IMG/VR virus record: IMGVR_UViG_3300044724_004793
Coordinates: 32,001 to 96,000 of that record
Strand: one strand, 5' to 3'
Source: a virus
Length of the DNA stretch: 64,000 bases
Below are positions 57,272 to 64,000 of the stretch, piece by piece (the first letter of the stretch is position 1; each line of letters begins with the position of its first letter). The notes beneath the pieces were generated by a model. That model saw only the letters and a list, made by a program, of their open reading frames with translations. It was not told the DNA's origin and searched no databases. The position numbers and the translations under genes were made by a program.

Positions 57272-57926
57272 CATGCGAGAGACTATGTTATTGAACGGGT
57301 GCAGTTATGGTGAAGTCTGGGAAGATTTTCCAGGGGTTAACCTGAGCAAGAGCGGTGGCAGTTTTATTCGTAGTATTAGGACAACAATGGAATGGATTGT
57401 TAGAAATAAAACTAAGCCAATCTATGTTTTTATTCCAATAACACACGTTAGTAGATTCGAAAAATCTTATATTATGAAACAGAATATTCCTGTAGAAGGA
57501 TCATACTTTACTAACACACCCGATGATTACGCTACCTATACAAGTAAACTTTCAGACAGTTGTTATATGCAATGGGATTATGCGTTTATGAATATTATTA
57601 TGTTTAGCAGTTGGTTAGAACAACAAAAAATAAAATATTTATTCTGGGACCAATGTAATATGTTTGACAAAAAACACATACGCGGCTTTAACGGCATGGA
57701 AAAACTAAAACTTGTAGAGCAAAATAAAAGAATAATACCTCTTTTTGAATTCTGTGGTAACCAGTATATGTATGAAAACGGAGGTAAATGGTTTGATGAC
57801 GACATTAAGTATGAACCCAGTATGAGGCATTACAAAAACGAATCCTATGTGATTTTAAAAGATTACCTGGATGTATATACAAAACAAAATTTACACGAAA
57901 CAATAGATTGGGATTAACATGCGAGA
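57256..57926 (+). repeat. 25-bp direct repeat (57256-57280 and 57902-57926) flanking one inserted gene
   Basis: AATAGATTGGAATTAACATGCGAGA vs AATAGATTGGGATTAACATGCGAGA, 24/25 identical. Confidence 0.9.
57273..57917 (+). CDS. SGNH-like protein
   Basis: LLNGCSY, NLSKSGGS..RSIRTTMEW, C-terminal RHY. Confidence 0.65.
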   Translation: MRETMLLNGCSYGEVWEDFPGVNLSKSGGSFIRSIRTTMEWIVRNKTKPIYVFIPITHVSRFEKSYIMKQNIPVEGSYFTNTPDDYATYTSKLSDSCYMQWDYAFMNIIMFSSWLEQQKIKYLFWDQCNMFDKKHIRGFNGMEKLKLVEQNKRIIPLFEFCGNQYMYENGGKWFDDDIKYEPSMRHYKNESYVILKDYLDVYTKQNLHETIDWD

Positions 57927-57932
57927 ACATAA

Positions 57933-58433
57933 ATGAGAATATTAACATTAGAAGACACAGCATTTGAGATGAACGAGCTACCTGAAGAGATCGATGATTT
58001 AAGGTTTGCTATATTAGATAATTCAGATCCTGTTAACCCCGATTATTTCTTTATTCCATTAATCTTTCTTGAGAGTTTCAACAGTCCTGCACTTGTACTA
58101 GACGTAGCAGGGCATCAGATTAAACTGCCAGTTGATTGGAAAATCCTAATTGGTGAGAAAGAAATTGGTGATTTGGAAATGATCAATCTTAGTAGCCTTA
58201 ACGATAGAGGATTTTTTGCGTTTAGTTTTAATCCATTAAGCAGCTACAAAGCAGACTACTTGCCAGTTAATATTATAGATCTATATAGTGATGTCAAATG
58301 GTATTTTCCCAAACTTAAACAAGGACAGATGTTAGCCATTCCCATTGAAACGGGTGATAAGCCAATGTGTATCTACTGTGCTAAAGAGATCAATCGCCAA
58401 ACTGAAATTGTGGATATCACAAAGGCCTGGTAA
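57933..58433 (+). CDS. conserved hypothetical protein (replication module)
   Basis: 166 aa beta-rich ORF between uvsW and the gp62-like gene. Confidence 0.75.
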   Translation: MRILTLEDTAFEMNELPEEIDDLRFAILDNSDPVNPDYFFIPLIFLESFNSPALVLDVAGHQIKLPVDWKILIGEKEIGDLEMINLSSLNDRGFFAFSFNPLSSYKADYLPVNIIDLYSDVKWYFPKLKQGQMLAIPIETGDKPMCIYCAKEINRQTEIVDITKAW

Positions 58434-58741
58434 TGAACTACGACAAGTGGGCAGGGCCCGACACAAAACTTATTGTGCGAGAGGACTATAGGGTATATTA
58501 TTATATGATAGACCCACAAAGTAGTACACATCGTAGTTATATTAAACTTGTGCAGGAAAGAGTGGACAATTATTTTAAGGACAAGGGCATACCAGTTACC
58601 CGAAAGATACACACAACAGCAAACGGCAACCGCATGATGTGGATAAACTTTGGAGATTTAAATGACAGTCATATGTTTTATATGGCACTGGGAGAACATA
58701 TAGACACCCGTGGAGTTACGTTTGAGCGATTTACATCTTAA
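58433..58741 (+). CDS. hypothetical protein
   Basis: 102 aa, coupled to the upstream stop. Confidence 0.65.
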   Translation: MNYDKWAGPDTKLIVREDYRVYYYMIDPQSSTHRSYIKLVQERVDNYFKDKGIPVTRKIHTTANGNRMMWINFGDLNDSHMFYMALGEHIDTRGVTFERFTS

Positions 58742-59165
58742 TACAGTATTAGGTGCACTTGATCAGAAAGATATGAAGTTCTGGGATCGTTGCACTACTG
58801 AGCAACAGAAGAAGATTGCTCCTTTCCTGCTGAACAGATACATGAGTCTAGTCAAAGGCAACCAAGAGCTCGCGGCATATTATCTTATAGCTACCAATCA
58901 GCGTGTCAACACAAGTTACTTTGCACTCAGTAAGCATCCTAAACTGGTATGGCAATTGTTGTGTACAGTGAGTCCTGGCATGGGAAAACAATTCCACCAA
59001 TGGGTAGGCAACAAGAAAAAAGGTGCTAGCAGTAAAGGCTTATCTGATATACGTAAGCAACTGTCAGTGATATATCCTAATATGAAAGAGGATGAGCTTG
59101 ATCTTATGTCTACTATCACTACTAAGAAAGAACTTAAAGAACTTGCCAAGGCATCTGGGGAATGA
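58710..59165 (+). CDS. clamp loader small subunit-like (T4 gp62-like)
   Basis: PFLLNRYMS...N...HP.L.W.LL...GKQFHQW...K pattern. Start uncertain (GTG 58710 or TTG 58722). Confidence 0.55.
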   Translation: MELRLSDLHLNTVLGALDQKDMKFWDRCTTEQQKKIAPFLLNRYMSLVKGNQELAAYYLIATNQRVNTSYFALSKHPKLVWQLLCTVSPGMGKQFHQWVGNKKKGASSKGLSDIRKQLSVIYPNMKEDELDLMSTITTKKELKELAKASGE

Positions 59166-59893
59166 GTGACTTAACCAATATTATAGTAGATGCAATAACA
59201 AATCGTAAAACAGAAGACAAAGAGTATGTGTGTCAGTTTTGCAACAAGTCGTATCGTAAAGAGAGTACGTTAACTGCACATCTATGTGAAAGCAAGCGTA
59301 GAGCACAACAGGAAAAAGAGCCTGGAGTGCAGATAGGATTACAAGCATACTTGAGATTCTATGAGATGACCCAGGGTAGTTCTAAACTAAAGACATATGC
59401 AGACTTTAGTACTAGTCAATACTATAATGCATTTGTTAAATTTGGCAGGCATTGTCAATCCATACGTGCTATTAATATTCGTGGATTTATCGACTTTGTT
59501 ATTAAAGAAAATAAAAAACTAGATTGGTGGACCAAGGATGAAATCTACCAAACATTTTTAGCAGGAAATCTTCGTAAAGAGAGTGTGCAGGATGCACTAG
59601 AGCGAAGTCTAAATACTATGACAGCATGGGCTGACGAGAATGATACAGTATTTAATTATTACTTCTCACACGCTAATACAAATCGTATTGTGCATGATAT
59701 TACCAGTGGTAGAATAAGTAGCTGGGTAATATTTAACAGCGCCACTGGCATTGAGATGCTAGATACATTAAATGGCGAACAGATAGAGATGGTCTTCCCT
59801 TACATTGATCCAGATTTTTGGAAACGTAAGTTTGTTGATTACTTTGCAGACACGGAATGGGTCAAACATATACTTGGTGAGGCAAAATTATGA
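59162..59893 (+). CDS. C2H2-like zinc-finger protein
   Basis: YVCQFCNKSYRKESTLTAHLC; C-terminal GRISSW. Confidence 0.7.
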   Translation: MSDLTNIIVDAITNRKTEDKEYVCQFCNKSYRKESTLTAHLCESKRRAQQEKEPGVQIGLQAYLRFYEMTQGSSKLKTYADFSTSQYYNAFVKFGRHCQSIRAINIRGFIDFVIKENKKLDWWTKDEIYQTFLAGNLRKESVQDALERSLNTMTAWADENDTVFNYYFSHANTNRIVHDITSGRISSWVIFNSATGIEMLDTLNGEQIEMVFPYIDPDFWKRKFVDYFADTEWVKHILGEAKL

Positions 59894-60951
59894 TTGCTGT
59901 AGATTGTACTTTAGACGATTGCTATAGTTCGCAGTTTTTCGATGTTTTATCGTCATATGCTCAAGCTAACAATATTGATATTAGTACGGATAAGAAGTTT
60001 TATTTAATAGACCATATTACAGAGGATTACCCGCGTGGATATGATTATTACTTAGTAGAAAATGCCGCTGAACCTATGCATGTATTGGGACCTGCAAAAC
60101 ATTTTGTAGATGAACAAAAAGCTGATCTACTAATTGGTAGTTACTTGCACAAAAAACATTTCTTATTTAATAGAACTATTAGTTTTCCCAGTGAAACTAT
60201 TAATTGTAATATGTGGTATACACACCCTTTTTATTTTACTAGTTTGTTATTTAAAAAACAGCATCGGGATAAAAATTTAACTTTTATAAATGGTGAAAAA
60301 AGAAGTGTAAGACATTACTTTTTAGATCAAGTTTGCGACTATATGGATTTGGTAATCGACAATAATCTATCCACAGTCAAAACAAAATTATCTAGATATC
60401 ATACTGATGCCGACAGGACCTTTGTAAACTACTGTAACAATTTATATGACATAGATAATTCACCTACTAAACATATCAGTTTTGATACAATAAATTTTGG
60501 CGGAGACTATGGTATCACTAGATTAAGTTATTTTCCTTTACCAGAGTATTTTACAAGTCGTTGTATGGTTTATCCTGAAACTACTTTTTGTAACTGGGAA
60601 ATTTATCCTACAGAAAAGACCTGGAAATGTGTAAAAGCAAAAACACACTGGATTATGTTTTCAGGTAGCGGCAGTTATGAAATTATGCGGGAGGTAGGGT
60701 TTAGAAGTATTGTAGAACTATGTCCAGACAACATTAATAATTTTGATATGATAGAAGATCATGTGTTAAGGATAGAAAAGATTAGTAAATGCTGCGAATA
60801 TATTTCTAATAACAGCGATATATTTGATAGCTTGGAATCACATGATATCCTAGAATCAAATTATGAAAACTTTCATAATCCTATATTAAGTATAGAGCGG
60901 TCCATTAAGCCCTTTATTGACAAATATTTAGGAGAGCAAAATGGCCTATAA
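59890..60951 (+). CDS. putative GT-B (GT10-like) glycosyltransferase
   Basis: VYPET...PTEKTWKC, GFRS, ILESNYENF. AT-rich paralogue of 48067..49062. Confidence 0.45.
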   Translation: MIAVDCTLDDCYSSQFFDVLSSYAQANNIDISTDKKFYLIDHITEDYPRGYDYYLVENAAEPMHVLGPAKHFVDEQKADLLIGSYLHKKHFLFNRTISFPSETINCNMWYTHPFYFTSLLFKKQHRDKNLTFINGEKRSVRHYFLDQVCDYMDLVIDNNLSTVKTKLSRYHTDADRTFVNYCNNLYDIDNSPTKHISFDTINFGGDYGITRLSYFPLPEYFTSRCMVYPETTFCNWEIYPTEKTWKCVKAKTHWIMFSGSGSYEIMREVGFRSIVELCPDNINNFDMIEDHVLRIEKISKCCEYISNNSDIFDSLESHDILESNYENFHNPILSIERSIKPFIDKYLGEQNGL

Positions 60952-61366
60952 TCCAGAAATAGACTGGAGTAAGAATACCGGTATGATGCTAGGACGTTTC
61001 CAACCTTGGAACGCAGGTCATCGTGCTATGTTTGAACAGATTGCTAGCCTGCCTAATAGCAATCACAGAGATCCAAAGAAGACAACTCCCCGACAAGTTG
61101 TCATTATGGTACGTCATCAATCTGATGGTAAGTTTACATTTGATGAAATTAAACAGCAGATCGTTGACGATTTAGAACCCGATCATCACGGACGCTATAC
61201 TATAATGCTTGTACCTAACGTTACTAATATATTCATGGGCAGGCAAGTTGGCTATGATGTTGAACGTATTGATCTTAAATCTGATATGGAACCAGTAGAA
61301 AATAAACTAATAACCAGTGCTGAACGTCAGCATTGGGATCGATCATTTTGGAAAGATAGACAGTGA
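60941..61366 (+). CDS. HIGH-family nucleotidyltransferase-like protein
   Basis: MLGRFQPWNAGH, IMVR, VPNVTNI.GR.VGY. Confidence 0.7.
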   Translation: MAYNPEIDWSKNTGMMLGRFQPWNAGHRAMFEQIASLPNSNHRDPKKTTPRQVVIMVRHQSDGKFTFDEIKQQIVDDLEPDHHGRYTIMLVPNVTNIFMGRQVGYDVERIDLKSDMEPVENKLITSAERQHWDRSFWKDRQ

Positions 61367-61791
61367 AGATTTTAATATTTGGACTACCTGGTAGTGGTAA
61401 AAGCACACTAGCAAAACCTTTTGCCGAACTCATAGGCGGAGTATGGATTAATGCTGATCGCGTAAGATCTCATTACGATGATTGGGATTTTACACCAGAA
61501 GGACGCATGCGTCAAGCACAGCGTATGAAACATTTGGCAGACGGAGTTGTAATGGCAGGCAAGATTGCAGTTGCAGACTTTGTGTGTCCTACGGAAGCGG
61601 CTCGTCTTGAGTTTAATCCAGACTACACAGTTTGGATGAATACAATTAATGAGGGTAGATTCGAAGATACCAATGCAATGTTTGAACAGCCCCCAACATG
61701 CGATTACGTAGTAAGCAAATGGTTTACTGATACTCATGCTCAACTAATGGAAGTTGTCAAAAAATATATGGATAGGAATACATTACGATGA
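61363..61791 (+). CDS. cysC: adenylyl-sulfate (APS) kinase-like
   Basis: GLPGSGKSTLA, NADRVR, DFTPEGR.RQ..R, DFVCP, FEQP. Confidence 0.8.
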   Translation: MKILIFGLPGSGKSTLAKPFAELIGGVWINADRVRSHYDDWDFTPEGRMRQAQRMKHLADGVVMAGKIAVADFVCPTEAARLEFNPDYTVWMNTINEGRFEDTNAMFEQPPTCDYVVSKWFTDTHAQLMEVVKKYMDRNTLR

Positions 61792-62243
61792 TATTTAATA
61801 ATCAAAAACCCACAGTACAGATGCTAGGAAGGTGGCAACCCTGGCACGACGGACATACTGAACTATTTAAAAAAACAGTAATCATAACTGGGCAAGTTGC
61901 TATTATGGTACGAGACGTTGGCGGCATCATTGGTGTAGATGCTGGGGATGGAAGAACAAAAGCGCAAATTGATAATCCGTTTAAGTTTGACGAGATTGTT
62001 CGTAATATTAGCCATGGACTACAAGAGCACGGCTACACATTAGGTAATGAATACATTATTATCCCAGTTCCTAATATTGTTGATATTAGTTATGGCCGAG
62101 GCGTAGGTTATACCTTTACAGAACATGACTTGGGTGCTGATGTGCATGAAATTAGCGCAACAAAGATACGTGCAGAAATGCGTGATAGTGGTGAGTTAGC
62201 GCCTATTGAAACTGTAGCAGTATTGGGCGGTGGAAATGAGTGA
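61788..62243 (+). CDS. HIGH-family nucleotidyltransferase (ATP sulfurylase-like)
   Basis: LGRWQPWHDGH, DNPF, YGRGVGY, ISATKIR. Confidence 0.75.
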   Translation: MIFNNQKPTVQMLGRWQPWHDGHTELFKKTVIITGQVAIMVRDVGGIIGVDAGDGRTKAQIDNPFKFDEIVRNISHGLQEHGYTLGNEYIIIPVPNIVDISYGRGVGYTFTEHDLGADVHEISATKIRAEMRDSGELAPIETVAVLGGGNE

Positions 62244-62796
62244 TTTGCCAGATATTGACATAGATTTTGCTGACCGTACACAGGTATTGGGACTTATACC
62301 ACATACTCCGGCACGTTTAGAAACTAATAAACAGCATAATACTGGGGTATACTTTACAGATATCCCACGTAGTGTTGACGGTGTTGCTACAATTGATCAC
62401 AAACGTGCAGAAGAGATGGGCTACTTTAAATTAGATATGCTTAATGTTGGCATATATGCAGGTATACGTGATGAAGTACATTTAGTTGAACTTATGACAC
62501 GGGAGCCAAATTGGAATAGGCTATGGGAAGATAAAGTGTTTTGCACAAAGATAACTCACATTGGTAATCATTATGATCTAATACGTAGTATGAAACCAGA
62601 TAGTATTACACGTATGGCGATGTTCCTAGCAGTGATGCGCCCAGGAAAAACAAATCTACGAAATAAGCCCTGGAAAGAGATTGCTAAAACTGTATGGGAT
62701 CGTAATGTGGATGGGTTTACGTTTAGGAAGAGCCACGCAATTGCTTATTCACACCTGGTTGTCGTTCACGCGAACTTACTTGACTCGCTTGACTAA
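62236..62796 (+). CDS. miniature DnaE (Pol III alpha)-like protein
   Basis: DLPDIDIDF, HNTGVY, GYFKLDML, LAVMRPG, FRKSHAIAY: DnaE core motifs in only ~186 aa. Confidence 0.8.
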   Translation: MSDLPDIDIDFADRTQVLGLIPHTPARLETNKQHNTGVYFTDIPRSVDGVATIDHKRAEEMGYFKLDMLNVGIYAGIRDEVHLVELMTREPNWNRLWEDKVFCTKITHIGNHYDLIRSMKPDSITRMAMFLAVMRPGKTNLRNKPWKEIAKTVWDRNVDGFTFRKSHAIAYSHLVVVHANLLDSLD

Positions 62797-63147
62797 CTGT
62801 ATATTGCGTCGTTTACCACGTTTGTGTGCAAGGCTTTGTATACTAACACTTGGACCAAACTTAATTTCACAATCTTTAATATTAAGACTTACCATCGTAA
62901 ATTGAAATGGTGTCCAATCAGTGCGTAAAAAAAGATTAATTGGAATCTGTCTGTTAGATTCCCACCACCATGTTTCTGCTAATTGCAGATAACTCTCTTT
63001 TTCGTCTATTGTTCTGCAACGACTTATGTCATACATACTTAAAACGGTATCGTCATGGTTTTGGATAACCCCAACGTATTCTTGATTGCCATAAGCAACA
63101 AGGCTTAGGAACGGATATTTTTCTTTAAGATCTTTTGTTATGTCCAT
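62776..63147 (-). CDS. conserved hypothetical protein
   Basis: YPFLS...EYVGVIQN...WWWESNRQIPINLFL. Confidence 0.75.
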   Translation of the reverse strand: MDITKDLKEKYPFLSLVAYGNQEYVGVIQNHDDTVLSMYDISRCRTIDEKESYLQLAETWWWESNRQIPINLFLRTDWTPFQFTMVSLNIKDCEIKFGPSVSIQSLAHKRGKRRNIQLVKRVK

Positions 63148-63165
63148 TTTTCGATAAATACATAT

Positions 63166-63924
63166 ATGACTGCTATTACAACATACTTATACAAACAAAA
63201 TCATAAGGTTGTGATTGTTGATTCAGGAGTTAATAATACAATGAGCATGTTTTACACACCAAACATCAAAATATTCCGCGGAATTAACAACGATATACGA
63301 TGTAATTTTGTGAACAGAGATCAGAAGAAGACTAGTTTAACAGACAAAACTGTGGTTTTTATTATGATTGATAAAGAAAACAGTACCACATATCTGGAAA
63401 GAACTGCTACTATCCTGGATGCACCTGCGGGTATTGCTGAAGTTAAGATTTTAGACAGCGATTTATTTGATTTAGATGCAAAATATTATACATACGCATT
63501 TAAAGTAACTGACGGAGAAGGTAATATACAGATTGGTTATAGTGATGATAACTATGGTGCCAATGGCACAATAGAACTAGTAGAAGGTGTATACCCAACT
63601 TTTAAAGCAAGTACCATTGAAGATTTTGGCGGCGGAAGCGTTGGATCAACTATTACACTAGATCCCTACATCAATCGTAACATTGCTCAACACACTGCAC
63701 AGGTATACTTTGGTAGTGCATTTACAGGCACACTAACAATTGAAGGCAGTCTTAGTCCTAGTCAGAGCGCACTATCAAACAACGAATTTGTAACTATTAG
63801 CACACAATCATATTCAGCTCAGGAAGACCCGGTTATGGTAAACTGGAATGGTATATACAGTGCAGTCCGGTTCAAACGCACCACAACAACAGGAACCCTA
63901 AGCAAAGTACTATATAGGCCCTAA
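63166..63924 (+). CDS. putative virion/baseplate protein (BppU N-terminal-like Ig domain)
   Basis: Late promoter directly upstream; beta-rich (KIFRGINN.I, G.AEVKI...DL..LD...Y.Y). Confidence 0.55.
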   Translation: MTAITTYLYKQNHKVVIVDSGVNNTMSMFYTPNIKIFRGINNDIRCNFVNRDQKKTSLTDKTVVFIMIDKENSTTYLERTATILDAPAGIAEVKILDSDLFDLDAKYYTYAFKVTDGEGNIQIGYSDDNYGANGTIELVEGVYPTFKASTIEDFGGGSVGSTITLDPYINRNIAQHTAQVYFGSAFTGTLTIEGSLSPSQSALSNNEFVTISTQSYSAQEDPVMVNWNGIYSAVRFKRTTTTGTLSKVLYRP

Positions 63925-64000
63925 TGAAACTCGTAGGATTTGGTTGTAGTTTTACCTATGGCAGTGAGCTGTTAGATCCTGAGTTAGCCAAAGGTGATGA
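63924..64000 (+). CDS. SGNH-like protein (truncated by window edge)
   Basis: MKLVGFGCSFTYGSELLDP... shares the N-terminal motif of the other paralogues. Confidence 0.65.
   Translation, partial: MKLVGFGCSFTYGSELLDPELAKGD

Noticed and set aside
57933-58433. Possible Hint/intein-like domain after uvsW
   Set aside because: No N-terminal Cys/Ser or C-terminal His-Asn; cannot be supported without a profile search
1-64000. Alternative genetic code, introns, CRISPR arrays, diversity-generating retroelement
   Set aside because: Core genes are full length in code 11 and all three stop codons are used. No interrupted core genes, repeat-spacer array or reverse transcriptase was seen.

Overview
This window comes from a large, AT-rich, T4-related myovirus, probably from an aquatic environment. 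The promoter style hints at an alphaproteobacterial host, but that is inference. Morphogenesis genes are present but rearranged: neck gp13/gp14/gp15-like, tail sheath, tail tube, gp4 head-completion nuclease, and small and large terminase. Replication and recombination genes include gp32 SSB, UvsX, UvsY, UvsW, a gp62-like protein, dNMP kinase and a miniature DnaE-like protein. Two GC-richer clusters of small early genes are driven by a repeated sigma70-type promoter module. A ~21 kb glycan synthesis/modification island (27.7-49.1 kb) holds KpsS/C-like, GT8-like, GT61-like and GT10-like transferases, kinase/methyltransferase pairs, B12- and SPASM-type radical SAM enzymes, SGNH-like proteins and nucleotidyltransferases. 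Paralogues of these tailoring genes are also inserted singly between core genes, sometimes with duplicated gene-end junctions. Other notable points are capsid-targeting-like N-termini and modular acidic proteins, a signal-less Cu/Zn SOD, an APS kinase flanked by two HIGH-type nucleotidyltransferases, apparent leaderless mRNAs, and a T4-style RBS-sequestering hairpin. No tRNA, rRNA, CRISPR array or transposase was recognised. All calls rest on motif reading, with no database searches.
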